64,000 nt of DNA from the IMG/VR virus record IMGVR_UViG_3300035180_000994, positions 4,419 to 68,418 of that record. The stretch is one strand, 5' to 3'. Positions within the stretch are counted from its first letter, which is position 1; each line of letters begins with the position of its first letter. Below, piece after piece: positions 53,068 to 63,444 of this stretch. Made by a program: the position numbers and the translations under genes. A model generated the notes under the pieces. That model saw only the letters and a program-made list of their open reading frames with translations. It ran no database searches and was not told the DNA's origin. This DNA comes from a virus.

Positions 53068-53421
53068 TTAGATCACTGAAACTAGGACAGTGCTCGTGAT
53101 GCTCGCGCTGTTGAGGATGAGGGGTGATCCGTTGTTGCCCAGGGCCACAAGGGTATAGGTGGTGGGCACCTGGATACCGTCCGGGATCGAGTAGTAACCG
53201 GCCCCCTGTGAAGGGATGATACCAGTGTCGAAGCCGCCTGTGGCTGTGATCCTGACCTGGGGGACGTTCGGTGCATCCCAGAAGAGGACGAGGGTCGTGC
53301 CCCGGACCACCGGGTTGGGCACGGAGTAGAACATGTTGATCTGGGGATCGACGACGGCGGCGTCCGGGGTGTCGAGCACCTCGGCGACGATAGCGAATCC
53401 TCCCAGTTGGCGACGGGCCAT
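53068..53421 (-). CDS. Ig-like virion protein
   Basis: PNPVVRGTTLVLFW...TTYTLVA. Confidence 0.6.
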   Translation of the reverse strand: MARRQLGGFAIVAEVLDTPDAAVVDPQINMFYSVPNPVVRGTTLVLFWDAPNVPQVRITATGGFDTGIIPSQGAGYYSIPDGIQVPTTYTLVALGNNGSPLILNSASITSTVLVSVI

Positions 53422-53429
53422 CTGCGCTC

Positions 53430-54050
53430 CTAGAGTGCTGCTTCAGTGACGAAAAAGCCGACCTCCTTGACCCCGGTGGCGATGTGCAGGCGCTCGATGC
53501 CGATGGTGAGCCGGGACTTGATCGGGTAGGCTTTCACGTCGTCGGGGTGGATACCCAACACGGGCTTGTCCACGTAGTAGGCGGGGTCCAGGGAGTTCGA
53601 GTAGAGGCGCTGGCGGATCGGCGCGACGAGGAACTCGGGGTCCGTGGACATCAGGAGATAGATCCGGCCCCCGTCATGGCTGACGAGGAAGAACCAGCCG
53701 TTCTGGTGCACGGCGTGTAGGTAGATGGCCTTGTTCCCGATACCGATGGGTTTGACCTCGGTGGCTGGGTCCCCGAAGTAGCGGTAGATCACGAGCTGCA
53801 CATCCCCCGAGGTCATCAGGGCGTAGATGTAGGCGAAGCCGTTGTCGTTGACGAACCCGTGGGCGCTCCGAACGTCCTGCAAGAGGGTGATGACCTGCTC
53901 GGACTCGTAAGCCCGGACCCGCAGCTCATGGGTGGCCGCCGTGACGTAGAACACGACAGCCCGAGACCCCATGCGGAGCAACACCCTGCTGGCGGCCTGT
54001 GCTTCAGTCACCAGCGGGGTGTATTTGTGAGGGTCAAGTCCAGTAGGCAT
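53430..54050 (-). CDS. hypothetical tail-region protein
   Basis: 206 aa, beta-rich, coupled to neighbours. Confidence 0.65.
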   Translation of the reverse strand: MPTGLDPHKYTPLVTEAQAASRVLLRMGSRAVVFYVTAATHELRVRAYESEQVITLLQDVRSAHGFVNDNGFAYIYALMTSGDVQLVIYRYFGDPATEVKPIGIGNKAIYLHAVHQNGWFFLVSHDGGRIYLLMSTDPEFLVAPIRQRLYSNSLDPAYYVDKPVLGIHPDDVKAYPIKSRLTIGIERLHIATGVKEVGFFVTEAAL

Positions 54051-57000
54051 TAGGCGCGACGACCCCAGGCGTATTTGACGTGGAGCGTGGTCCCGGTGGT
54101 CCCGTCGGGGAGCTTAACGAAGCCGTAGTAGGGGTGCATGATGAACTTGCCCGCGTTGGGCTTGCCGTCGAAGTTGAACCAGCCCTGGTAGGCCAGATAC
54201 TGGCTGATGTATTGGGGCGACCACAGGACAGGCGAGGTCTCATCCACCCAGATCGCGGTGGAGTCGGTGGAGACGCCCATGCACTCGGGGTCCCAGGCAC
54301 CGCGCTCGCGGGTGTTGTTCGGGGCCGCCGAGGATCCCAGGCGCAGGCTGTCCATGACGGCCTGGGAGGCGTAATCCCATAGCTGCACGGGGGGGAGGTG
54401 GCGGGTGGCATCGTCCCACCACGCGCCGTTCTTGGTCGTGATCCGAAGCTGCTGGACATTCTGCTGCCGGTCGAAGCAGTAGAAGGCGCCGTTGTGGGCC
54501 CGGAACTTCGGGGTGATCTCAGTGAACCCAGCGGTGTCCGGGGAGGCCACGGCGTTGACCTCGAACTTCAGGCCCTGGACGTAGTGGGTGCCTGCCATCC
54601 CGTTCTGGTTGTCCTCGGAAGCGAGCAGCAGGTCGGCGAAGCTGGCAACCCCCAAGGGGACATCCCAGAGGTTGAAGGAGCTGTAACGTGGGAAGCCCCA
54701 ACCCTCCGCCCCGAAAAGGATGCGGTAGTGGCGGTAGCCGGTGGTGTTCGAGGAGATGTCCCGGATAGCGTGGGCCACCCGGTGATCCATCCCCGTCGGC
54801 CACGTGAAGCCGTTGACGGTCTCGATGGTCGTCCAGTTCGTCGGGTTGGTCGTGGCGTCGTTCGACCCCTGGAACACCCAGTTGGTAAAGATACGGCTAT
54901 CCGAGTAACCAAGGCGGCCAAAGTCATACGCCTTGATGATCGGGGCGTTGCCCACACCGTAGTCGATACGGACAGAGACCGCCGCGTTGGTCCACTGTAG
55001 CCCAGTGAACTCAGCAGAGGGGGTGGTGATCGAACCCGCAACGATCAGCGGGGCGACGGTGGGGACCTTGGAGAGATCGTAGGTGACGACGGCGGGGGCG
55101 TCGTTGTTCAGGCCCCCACTGGCGACCGGCCACGAGATCGTGTGGTTGTCCCCGGCGCCGGTGATGTTCTGGGCGATACCCGTGGGGCCGCTGACGGTGA
55201 TCGGGGCCTCGACTCCGATGAGAACTCGGCGGTGGCCCAGGGTGTTTAGGGCTGCGATGCTCTTGGTCTCGGTGTTGTGGAAGGTCCGACCGGCGAACAT
55301 CGTCCAGTCCCAACGGGTGCGCCGGGCGAACTTCACCTGCCCGTAGGCGACGTTGACGGTGTGGAACTCCCCGGGCTGGAAGGTCGTGTTCGTGCTCGGC
55401 CCGAAGGAGAAGACCATGCCGTGCATGACCGGCACGGGAGTGTCGGCGGTAGCCGAGAGGGTGTAGGGGTTGGCCGCCGCGTCCGCGAAGCTCTTGGCAA
55501 CCTTCCAGGCCCCACCCGACCACTTCCAGTAGCGGGGGAGGTAGTAGGTGCCGTGGTTGTAGCGATCCGGTGACAAGTGTGCCTCGGGGAACCCGGGCTG
55601 GTAGTAGTTGGCCCCACCTGCCAGGAAGGTCATCTGGTTGTCGGCGTAGTGCACGGGGTAGGTGTATTCCCGTAGGTAGCCGTCTCCGTAGCTATTGGAG
55701 TTGGCGGTCATCCACGTGGAGTAAACGCCATCCTTGGCGATGTTCGTCGTGGCACCCTCGCTGTAACCGTTGAAGCCCTGGAGGATGAACTGCTCCGTGC
55801 CGTCCCATACGAAATCGGGATGGGCGAGGGCGATGGGTGTCGAACCGTTGCCCCAGTAGGAGCCGTTGACGTAGGTCTGCATCACGCAGGCCACGGAGGC
55901 ATCCTGGAAGTTCTTCAGGATGGTCACGGCGGGGGTGTTGGCGTTCATCCCTGCCGAGTAGATGGAATGGGGCTGGCCGAAGGACACGTCCTTGACCGCA
56001 GTGGAGTCCAGGGTTCCGCTCACGTCCACGAGGAACGTCTTGGTCATCCTCCAACCAGCCTGGAGGAGGAGCTTGTTCGCCGAAACTTCCCCGAAGAACC
56101 CGCAGTTCGCCAGGGCTTCATACCCACTCCCGAACGCACCGGAGTTGAGCCCTGCCGTGGTGACCATGGAGGTGTTCCACACGTTGCCTGTGGGGTTGTA
56201 GACCAGGACCTGATAGGCCATGGCACCGGTGCCAGCCGCCGCGTTCAGGATGCCTGCGTCGAAGTTATCCACACCGTTGATGACCTGGAAGATCGTGGAG
56301 TGTGCAACATTCGGGCAGTTAGGGACGGTTGTCTGAGTGGCCTGGATGTCCCCGGTGAACCCGCCCCAGCGGCTGCGGGGAAAGGTTCCGATGACGCTAC
56401 CGTGGCTGTAGCCCACGTAGTTGTTACCACCGGCGCTCCCGGAGGAGACGTGCATGAAGAAGTAGTAGTCGTAGTCTGGATCGAAGGGCATGTTGATCCA
56501 GTCCGTCGTTTTCATCCCCTCCGTCCAGACCGTCGCGGACTCGACGGTGACCTGCACGCTGTCGGTGAAGTGGGTCCCCACGGGGGAGCCCTTGGGCACA
56601 CGCTTCATCGTCGCGGAGATGTTTTGAGCGTAGCTCACGTTGATCTTGAGCTTGAACCGGGTGCAGGACGGGTTGTGGAAGTCCCGGCCATCCAAGACAG
56701 TCACCAGGGTCTCCTGGGCCGTGGCGTTCAGGCTGCAAGACGGGATACTGCCATACTCCTCTAGGACCAACGGGGTGATCAGGGTGGTCGCGGTGTTCTC
56801 AACAGCGGCGGCGAGGCGCCCATCGGCCAGGGCGATCAGCTCCGTGATCGACCGGCTGTTGTGCCGGGCAGCGAGGGGAGAGTCCGACCGGGCGCCCCAG
56901 GTGTTGTTGGAGATCGTGTAGGGTTTGATCCCCACGACACCCGTGGTGGTATTCGCCTGGGAGTTGCCTTCTGAAAAGGTCCCGACCAGGGCGTAGAGCT

Positions 57001-58210
57001 TGGTCCCCTGCTTGACCAGGGCGCCGTAACGCTCCTCACCGGTGACGGCAGTGGCCGCCGCCTTCGGAAGGACCTGACCACCGGAGACAGAGAAGTCCAC
57101 GAGGGCCAGATCACCGGACTCCGAGAGGGCCCATATGTTCATGCCGTCCACGGCGATACCCGCGATGCGTTTGTAGGTAGATGCGGCCCAGGCCGTAATG
57201 GCGAAGTCATAGAGGTAGATGGGGCGCCAGCTCATCTTCGTCGAGAAGATCATGAGCAGGGAGCCCCAGATGCTCGCGTAGTATTCCGGGTTGATCATGA
57301 CGTTCGCGGTCTGGCGGTAGCGGGGATCACTGATGCGGAGAGGTGGGAGCTGGGAGACTGCCCAGGCGCTCTCCAAGGAGACGAAGGTCGCCGTGCTGCT
57401 GTTGTAGACGATGACCCAGTCGCTCCCGGGGGTGTTGCCCATGAGCCAGCCAGTAGCGATGGGCACCTTGGTGTCCGCGAGGGGCACGTCGGGGAAGAAC
57501 GCCGAGGGGTAGTAGGCGTTGGACGCATGGGTGGAGTCAGCGGCGCGGGGCTGGGTCATGCGCCAGGAGGGGCGCTGCTCGATCATGAACGAGACGGCGC
57601 CGGTGGAGAGGGCCCCGCCGTTGACGATGTGGGCGACGTAGTAGGTGGGGTGGAGGTAGGCGCTCCGGTTCCAGGCGCTACCCGTGGTGAGCAGGCGCGA
57701 GGCGCCATCGGAGGGCAGGGAGGTCGCGTCACGGAACTGGGTCTTGGCCTGATCCGTCGAAGGTATGGGCCACGCGGGGGCGCCGTGGCCGTAGGGGGTC
57801 TCGTAGGAGACGGCGTTGTCGTCCACCTGATCGAAAACGACCGAGGTAGCCCAGTACCCAGAGACCATCGAACCGATGATGCCATAGCGGGAGACCTCGT
57901 CGTTGAAGCTGACGATGCGGGAGTGGAAGCTGCCCCGGGCGCGGGCGGCCCAGTTGTATTCATAGCCGTGGGGCTGCCACCACGTGCCAGCGTTGCGGCT
58001 GGCCTCGGACTGGTAACCGGAATTGATCCCCAGGGTGTAGCCGTTCCACATCCCCATCGGGGCCGTGTAGTTGGAGAGGTTCCGGTTGATGTTGTCATTG
58101 ACGAGGGGAAGCTCGGAGGCGATGATACCCGAGTTGATGGGGGTGTTGGCGTCCCCGTCGTAGATGAGGTTCGTGTTGAGGGTGAAGGCTTGCCAGGGAT
58201 TGGCGGACAT
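54050..58210 (-). CDS. large tail/receptor-binding protein with discoidin (F5/8 type C)-like domain
   Basis: 1386 aa rich in G/S/T/N/W/Y; IDYG...NWVFQGSND...WTTIE...GYRHYRI. Confidence 0.7.
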   Translation of the reverse strand: MSANPWQAFTLNTNLIYDGDANTPINSGIIASELPLVNDNINRNLSNYTAPMGMWNGYTLGINSGYQSEASRNAGTWWQPHGYEYNWAARARGSFHSRIVSFNDEVSRYGIIGSMVSGYWATSVVFDQVDDNAVSYETPYGHGAPAWPIPSTDQAKTQFRDATSLPSDGASRLLTTGSAWNRSAYLHPTYYVAHIVNGGALSTGAVSFMIEQRPSWRMTQPRAADSTHASNAYYPSAFFPDVPLADTKVPIATGWLMGNTPGSDWVIVYNSSTATFVSLESAWAVSQLPPLRISDPRYRQTANVMINPEYYASIWGSLLMIFSTKMSWRPIYLYDFAITAWAASTYKRIAGIAVDGMNIWALSESGDLALVDFSVSGGQVLPKAAATAVTGEERYGALVKQGTKLYALVGTFSEGNSQANTTTGVVGIKPYTISNNTWGARSDSPLAARHNSRSITELIALADGRLAAAVENTATTLITPLVLEEYGSIPSCSLNATAQETLVTVLDGRDFHNPSCTRFKLKINVSYAQNISATMKRVPKGSPVGTHFTDSVQVTVESATVWTEGMKTTDWINMPFDPDYDYYFFMHVSSGSAGGNNYVGYSHGSVIGTFPRSRWGGFTGDIQATQTTVPNCPNVAHSTIFQVINGVDNFDAGILNAAAGTGAMAYQVLVYNPTGNVWNTSMVTTAGLNSGAFGSGYEALANCGFFGEVSANKLLLQAGWRMTKTFLVDVSGTLDSTAVKDVSFGQPHSIYSAGMNANTPAVTILKNFQDASVACVMQTYVNGSYWGNGSTPIALAHPDFVWDGTEQFILQGFNGYSEGATTNIAKDGVYSTWMTANSNSYGDGYLREYTYPVHYADNQMTFLAGGANYYQPGFPEAHLSPDRYNHGTYYLPRYWKWSGGAWKVAKSFADAAANPYTLSATADTPVPVMHGMVFSFGPSTNTTFQPGEFHTVNVAYGQVKFARRTRWDWTMFAGRTFHNTETKSIAALNTLGHRRVLIGVEAPITVSGPTGIAQNITGAGDNHTISWPVASGGLNNDAPAVVTYDLSKVPTVAPLIVAGSITTPSAEFTGLQWTNAAVSVRIDYGVGNAPIIKAYDFGRLGYSDSRIFTNWVFQGSNDATTNPTNWTTIETVNGFTWPTGMDHRVAHAIRDISSNTTGYRHYRILFGAEGWGFPRYSSFNLWDVPLGVASFADLLLASEDNQNGMAGTHYVQGLKFEVNAVASPDTAGFTEITPKFRAHNGAFYCFDRQQNVQQLRITTKNGAWWDDATRHLPPVQLWDYASQAVMDSLRLGSSAAPNNTRERGAWDPECMGVSTDSTAIWVDETSPVLWSPQYISQYLAYQGWFNFDGKPNAGKFIMHPYYGFVKLPDGTTGTTLHVKYAWGRRA

Positions 58211-58803
58211 TAGTTCACTCCCACGACGGACAGGTAGTAGCTGATTTCGAGGATGTCCTGCACTTGGGTTCCGCCCTTACGGCCCTTCACAGGGATGGGT
58301 GTGGGGAGGACGATGAGCGTCTGCGGGGTGAACACCGACCATGCGTTGGTGATGCACCCGGACTTCTGGGCCAAGTTGCTCTGATCCGCATCCCAGCCGG
58401 TGATGCCCAGGGCCTTGAGTTGAAGGTCGTCGGCGAGCTGGGTCCACTGGTAGAAGAGCTTCCAGCGGCCACCGACGTAGGAGCAGGACGAATAGGCCCG
58501 CCAGTGGGGATTGGCCGTCCCGTCGAAGCTGCCGCCGTAGAGGTTGTTCGGGGAGCAGGTGTAGGGTGCCCAGGGGTTCTTACGATCCCAGGTGAACCCC
58601 GACCAGAGCGGGCCGTCACGGAGGAGGAAGCACCAGGGGCGCACGTCGTTCAGGGTGTCGTTGCTGTAGATGTTCCGGCCCGAGGCCAGGATGTCGTCCG
58701 ACACGTCGTTGTGGCTCGTGTATTCGCCCAGGACTTTGCCTGTGACGCTGGAGCGCAGCGTGATCTGGACTTCGTTATCGAACTTCAGTGCTGGCGTATC
58801 CAT
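58210..58803 (-). CDS. tail/baseplate-associated protein
   Basis: 197 aa; ITL...TGKVLGE..SHN start and LEISYYLSV end typical of such proteins. Confidence 0.55.
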   Translation of the reverse strand: MDTPALKFDNEVQITLRSSVTGKVLGEYTSHNDVSDDILASGRNIYSNDTLNDVRPWCFLLRDGPLWSGFTWDRKNPWAPYTCSPNNLYGGSFDGTANPHWRAYSSCSYVGGRWKLFYQWTQLADDLQLKALGITGWDADQSNLAQKSGCITNAWSVFTPQTLIVLPTPIPVKGRKGGTQVQDILEISYYLSVVGVN

Positions 58804-58813
58804 GTGTTCCCCA

Positions 58814-59803
58814 CTAGGTGTAGATGACGAGCCCGCCGAGAACCTGTCCCTGTGAAAGGTTCAGAGAGTCCGACAACCCACCCGGATCGGCATAGTTCGC
58901 GACGACGAACGTCGAAGACCGGGGGGAGTCAAAGAGAACCCCACCAAACTGCTGCGTCATCGGGACGTTCCAGGTGTCCTCTACTGGGACAGAGAGGAAC
59001 TCCTGGGAGACCGAGAAGATGACCCCTGAGATGGACCCATCCCCCTTGCTGGCCTGGATGGTGTCCGCGATGGGGACCTGGAAGGTCTTGGGCTCGGTGT
59101 TGGAGTTCACCCGGATCGTTTGGCCGGGGATGGACTCGTAGTAGAGTTTGGTGGTCGTGAGGTTGGTGTTGACCCCGGCGGCGTCCCAGAGGCGCCCGAA
59201 CGTCAGGGCCAGCTCCAGGTTCAACTCCCCGATGCCGGAGAGGGTGAAGAGGCCAACCTCCGGCTGCCAGTCGGCGTAGAGTTCCCAAGGCCCTGCCGGG
59301 GTGTCCCCTGAGGCCGGGGTGCGCTTGTAGACGCGCCACGCCTGGAAGGTCGCGGGGGTGGGGATCTGCGCGACGTGGCGCTGCATGTCCGTGGAGAACA
59401 GGCCGGTATCCGGGTCGTAGAGCAGTCCGTTCGTCCGCTCCAGGTAGCCGAGGTGGGCCTTGGTGTTGTAGCCATCGTCGGTGGCGGAGATCCGCCCTAA
59501 GCGGGATCCACGGGCGCCGAACGCCAGGGCGTCGTGGGGCTCTTCGATGGAGATGTTCGGGGTGTAGGTCGTGGGGTCGATGATCTCCGGGGGCCAGATC
59601 GTGCTGTCCATCTTGCGGACGTAGACGTGGCCGAGATACTCGAACGCGATGTAGTAGGTAGTGCCGTCCCAGGAGACCGTGGGGTTGGTCCCGGGGCCGA
59701 TGGGGGTCCAATCCTGGAGGATGGGGCCAGGGGATGTCGGCGAGGTCGCGGGGCCGATGTCGGCGACGTAGAGGCGGCCTGAGATTTCCTTGACGATGAT
59801 CAT
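58814..59803 (-). CDS. putative virion structural protein
   Basis: 329 aa in the late unit. Confidence 0.6.
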   Translation of the reverse strand: MIIVKEISGRLYVADIGPATSPTSPGPILQDWTPIGPGTNPTVSWDGTTYYIAFEYLGHVYVRKMDSTIWPPEIIDPTTYTPNISIEEPHDALAFGARGSRLGRISATDDGYNTKAHLGYLERTNGLLYDPDTGLFSTDMQRHVAQIPTPATFQAWRVYKRTPASGDTPAGPWELYADWQPEVGLFTLSGIGELNLELALTFGRLWDAAGVNTNLTTTKLYYESIPGQTIRVNSNTEPKTFQVPIADTIQASKGDGSISGVIFSVSQEFLSVPVEDTWNVPMTQQFGGVLFDSPRSSTFVVANYADPGGLSDSLNLSQGQVLGGLVIYT

Positions 59804-60141
59804 TAGACCCCCGGCGCGACGATGTCAGGGTTGGTCCCGCCCTGCATCAGGAACAGCTCGGGGTTGCCCTCGACCTCCAGAGGGGGGTTCGGCACGTGGT
59901 GCACCACCTGGGTGACCACGTCGAAGTCGAGGCCCTTGGTCAGGAAGATGAGGTAGCGGTTCCCCGCCGGATCGAACGTGAAGGAGTCCACGGTCATCAG
60001 GCGGCCACCGTTGTAGATCCGGATGTCCCGCCTGGGATCGAACTCCCCGAACCGGGGGTTCAGCAGGGGACCCGTGAGGGTCCCGAGGTGGAGCTGCACC
60101 CGCGTGGGGTAGGGGCGGTTGACCATGGCGGTGATGGCCAT
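59803..60141 (-). CDS. putative virion structural protein
   Basis: 112 aa, coupled. Confidence 0.6.
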   Translation of the reverse strand: MAITAMVNRPYPTRVQLHLGTLTGPLLNPRFGEFDPRRDIRIYNGGRLMTVDSFTFDPAGNRYLIFLTKGLDFDVVTQVVHHVPNPPLEVEGNPELFLMQGGTNPDIVAPGV

Positions 60142-61299
60142 CTAGCCCTCCGCCACGAGGGACAGCGCCCCGAGGAGCGCGGCCTGCTTCAGCCGGTTGA
60201 TCTTCGTGAACTGGTCGTCGGTGTCGTCGTCGATGAGCTTGATGTTCGGAGGCAGGCCCTTGGGCTTGCCGGGCTTGGGTGTGACCATCCGCTTGGCCTT
60301 GGATCCAACCTCAACCTTGTCCTTGCGGGGGATGGGCTCGAAGTCACCGTCCTCCTCGTCCACGATCATCCGCTTGGCCTTCGAGCCGGGCAGGACGGTC
60401 GTGGTGTCGTCGTCATCGTCCACGAGGGTGATGTTCGAGGGCAGGGCCGGGGCGGCGGGCTTCTCAGGCTCGGGGGCCTTCTGCTTGGGCTCGATGGGGC
60501 CCTTGGGCTTGACCTTCCGCTTGGGGGCCTGGGGCAGGGGCTCAGGGGCCTCAACAGGCTTCGGAGGCAGACCGATGGTCGTGAGGTCGTCGGGCATGGC
60601 GTCCAGGTCGTCCTGGGGCTCCACACGCGGCTTGGGGGTGATCGGGGTCTGCTCGTCCTTGGGAGCCTCCTGCTCCTTCGGTGTCAGCTCCTGCTTCTTC
60701 TTCTCGACTTCGAGGTCCTGGCGCTGCTTGACCACCTGGACCTGCTTGTCCTTCTCCTCCTGGAGGGCCCGGTCCTTCTTGTCCCGGTAGCCCGCGAGCA
60801 TCCTCTCCAAGACGGGGGTGACCCGGTCCGAGACGATCTTCACGTGCTTGCAGATCACGAACTTGTAGCGTTCGGGGTCGGTCGGCGCCTGGAATTTGTC
60901 TCGGGGAGCGCCGTAGAGGGCGTCGCCGGTCGAGAGGTTCCACTGGGCGCCCCAGTAGAGGAACGCCGGGCACGAGCAGGAGACCCGCACGTCCAGGTCA
61001 TCCACGCTCCCCGTCTCCTTCAGGCGCTTGAGGTCGAACTTCAGGCGCACGGTGTGGCCCTTGGGGTCCGAGTAGCTTTCCTTGCAGGTGACGTTGTAGA
61101 CGAAGAGGAACTTCGTCTGCTCGGTGCGGATGACCCTCGCGGTGCAGTCCGGGGTGGCGTGCTTCAGGGAGAAGTCAGAGGTGAGGCCGACGAGTTCCCG
61201 GATGGAGAACGCTACCTTGTGGCTCCCTGTTCGACGCAGACGGGACCAGGGCGCCCGGACTTCGAGCCCCCGCTCCTCGGCGTGTTCCAGGAGGGTCAC
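60142..61299 (-). CDS. SWIM zinc-finger protein with Pro/Lys-rich tail
   Basis: VSCSCPAFLYWG...ICKH (CxC-xn-CxH). Confidence 0.75.
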   Translation of the reverse strand: MTLLEHAEERGLEVRAPWSRLRRTGSHKVAFSIRELVGLTSDFSLKHATPDCTARVIRTEQTKFLFVYNVTCKESYSDPKGHTVRLKFDLKRLKETGSVDDLDVRVSCSCPAFLYWGAQWNLSTGDALYGAPRDKFQAPTDPERYKFVICKHVKIVSDRVTPVLERMLAGYRDKKDRALQEEKDKQVQVVKQRQDLEVEKKKQELTPKEQEAPKDEQTPITPKPRVEPQDDLDAMPDDLTTIGLPPKPVEAPEPLPQAPKRKVKPKGPIEPKQKAPEPEKPAAPALPSNITLVDDDDDTTTVLPGSKAKRMIVDEEDGDFEPIPRKDKVEVGSKAKRMVTPKPGKPKGLPPNIKLIDDDTDDQFTKINRLKQAALLGALSLVAEG

Positions 61300-61312
61300 G
61301 GTGAAAACCCCC

Positions 61313-61813
61313 TTACTTCTTCGTGGGCTTCTTGGCGGGCTCGGCAGCCTTGGCGGCGGGCTTGGTCGCGGGCTTCTCAGCCTTGACCTCAGCCTTGGAC
61401 TCTTCGACCTTGGGGGCCTCGTCAGCAGGGCCTTCCTGGGTGGCGGCAGCGGTGGTCGTGTCCACGACCTGCTCGTTCACGGGCTCCTCGGTCTTGACGA
61501 CCACGGGCTCAGCCACCTTGGGCTTCTCGACGGGTGGGACGATGATCACGTCCTCGGTCCCGGGGTCAGGGGTGATCGCCACCTTGGGGGCAGCGGCCTG
61601 GGCCTTGGCTTTCTTCTCGGTCAGGAGAATCCCGGAGAGCACGAGGCCATCGAGGGACACCTTGTGGAAGCCGATGCGACCGATGATGTCACCAGCGCGG
61701 TAGACCACGAGCTTCTCGGGCGGGGTGAAGACGAGAACGTCACCGGCCTTGGCCTGCACGTTCGCATCGTTGAAGTTGAGGTCCTTGACCAGGACGAAGG
61801 ACTCTTGAGACAT
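61313..61813 (-). CDS. hypothetical protein with Ala/Lys/Pro-rich tail (start revised to MSQESF)
   Basis: GGAGG RBS after a class L motif. Confidence 0.7.
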   Translation of the reverse strand: MSQESFVLVKDLNFNDANVQAKAGDVLVFTPPEKLVVYRAGDIIGRIGFHKVSLDGLVLSGILLTEKKAKAQAAAPKVAITPDPGTEDVIIVPPVEKPKVAEPVVVKTEEPVNEQVVDTTTAAATQEGPADEAPKVEESKAEVKAEKPATKPAAKAAEPAKKPTKK

Positions 61814-61825
61814 CGACAACACCTC

Positions 61826-61846
61826 CAGTAGTAGGGTTAGGAAGTT
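61826..61846 (-). promoter_or_regulatory. class L promoter motif
   Basis: AACTTC-N9-CTACTG. Confidence 0.65.
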
Positions 61847-61885
61847 CCCTGAAGCGAGGATAGCAGTCACGACCGCCCTCTACAT

Positions 61886-61917
61886 ACGAAAGAGGGGGCC
61901 GAAGCCCCCTCTTTCGT
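61886..61917 (-). terminator. strong terminator after major capsid gene
   Basis: 14-bp perfect stem ACGAAAGAGGGGGC-TTCG-GCCCCCTCTTTCGT. Confidence 0.85.
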
Positions 61918-61936
61918 CGCCTGCCGGAGCAGGACT

Positions 61937-62839
61937 TTAGCTGAGGATGACACGCTGGATGGCCGAGGGGTTGAAGACCAGGAAGCCCAGGTTCTCGAAG
62001 ATCGAGAAGCCGATGGAGCGCAGCAGGGGCTGGTCAGCGGACATCACGGTCAGGGGGATACGCTCGGGGACCACGCCGAGGAACTCGGCATCGCCCAGGA
62101 CGTAGAACTGGTTCCGGGTCACCTTGCGGCTCTGGAGCACGGTGGCGCCCCAGATGTAGCCCATGATGCCGGTCTTCAGCAGCTTGCGCTCGGTCTCACG
62201 ATCCACGGTGCTGTCGGTCCACTTACGCAGATCGGTGTAGTTCCGGGGATTCATGAAGACGAGGGCGACGCTGATGTCGTTCCGCTCCACCTGTCCGTAG
62301 GCGTCAGCCATGATGGCGACGCTGACGGGACCGGCGGCGGGGGCCATGTCCTCGTTGTAGATAGGATCGTTGCTGCCCTTGCCGACAGCAGCGGTGGCGA
62401 TGGCATCGAAGAGGCCGAAGACGTAGCCGTCTTCCGTGGCACCCACCTCGGACTTGCTGAGGTTGAGGGACCGCTCGACCACGTCGAAACGACGCTCCTT
62501 GATCTGGCTGATCGGGATCAGGGGGTTGGCCACGATCTCGAAGGTAGGCACGGTCACGCGCTTGGGCTTGACCACGCGAACGATGTCGCCACCCTCTTCA
62601 CCGACCACGAAGGCTTCGACGAAGGAGCGACCCGTCTCGTCAAATTCCTTGTCGTAGATGGGCAGGGCGCCATCGGGGAGGGTTTCGACCATCAGCGCCT
62701 TGCGGGCGATGGACATGTAGTCGCGGCGGCGACGAAGGCTGGGCCCGAGGGCGGCAGCGACGCGCATACGACCGTTGGCGGTGTGGAGCAGCTTGCCAAG
62801 CTGAGCCATCTGAGCCTGAGTGCGAGAGAGGTTACGCAT
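61937..62839 (-). CDS. major capsid protein (HK97-like fold; start revised to MRNLSR)
   Basis: AAAGGAG RBS; RRRRDYMSIARKALMVETLPDGALPIYD...VPTFEI...FMNPRNYTDLRKW...GYIWGATV...GFSIFENLG; flanked by L motif unit and strong terminator. Confidence 0.85.
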   Translation of the reverse strand: MRNLSRTQAQMAQLGKLLHTANGRMRVAAALGPSLRRRRDYMSIARKALMVETLPDGALPIYDKEFDETGRSFVEAFVVGEEGGDIVRVVKPKRVTVPTFEIVANPLIPISQIKERRFDVVERSLNLSKSEVGATEDGYVFGLFDAIATAAVGKGSNDPIYNEDMAPAAGPVSVAIMADAYGQVERNDISVALVFMNPRNYTDLRKWTDSTVDRETERKLLKTGIMGYIWGATVLQSRKVTRNQFYVLGDAEFLGVVPERIPLTVMSADQPLLRSIGFSIFENLGFLVFNPSAIQRVILS

Positions 62840-62862
62840 GTGAGTGTCTCCTTTTCTCGCAG

Positions 62863-63378
62863 CTAGAAGAGCTGGGCAACGCCGAGCCAGGGCTCGGAGG
62901 CGGTGGGAACGTGGGTGCAGACGCCGCAGACCTTGGCGTTGGCAACCGGGATGTCGGTCGTCCAGCGACCCACGTGCGACGCCGTGCCGTCCGCGTAGAG
63001 CGGGAGGCCGATGGCGTAGGCGAGGGTGGGGGACGCCTCGAAGCAATCCGTTTCAATCGGATCGTTCGTGAGGTCGAAGATCGGGAAGGCGCGGCAGACC
63101 GGCATCTTGCCCGAGCCGCTGGGTCCGATGGACTCAGCGTAGTTGCCAGCACCATTGATCAGGGTGCCGAAGGGGATGTTGGTGAGGACCGAGCCGTCCA
63201 TGGGGACGATCACGGGTCCGCGACCTGCGGTGCCGGAGTTGATGAGGGACATGATCTTACCGGCAGCGTAGCTGGCGGCGCGAATCGTGACCTGATCAAC
63301 AGCCGGGTCGCCGGTGAGGGCGACATCGGGTTTGGTATCGCCCACCTGCTGGGCCTGATACCGGAACTTGAGAGCCAT
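62863..63378 (-). CDS. capsid decoration/cement protein
   Basis: 171 aa directly upstream of MCP; GSGKMPV, AYAIGLPLYA, CGVCTHVP. Confidence 0.6.
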   Translation of the reverse strand: MALKFRYQAQQVGDTKPDVALTGDPAVDQVTIRAASYAAGKIMSLINSGTAGRGPVIVPMDGSVLTNIPFGTLINGAGNYAESIGPSGSGKMPVCRAFPIFDLTNDPIETDCFEASPTLAYAIGLPLYADGTASHVGRWTTDIPVANAKVCGVCTHVPTASEPWLGVAQLF

Positions 63379-63444
63379 TTGGGCCTCCTGGTGTCAGCCC
63401 GGACAGCCACGATGGCGAGTCCTTACACAGGCGAGACACACTGT

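Noticed and set aside
58121-58130. GGGTATCATC copies inside genes (also 15908-15917 and a variant near 53215)
   Set aside because: The motif equals Gly-Ile-Ile codons and these copies are not next to a start; 15908 could serve the actin gene but is unproven.
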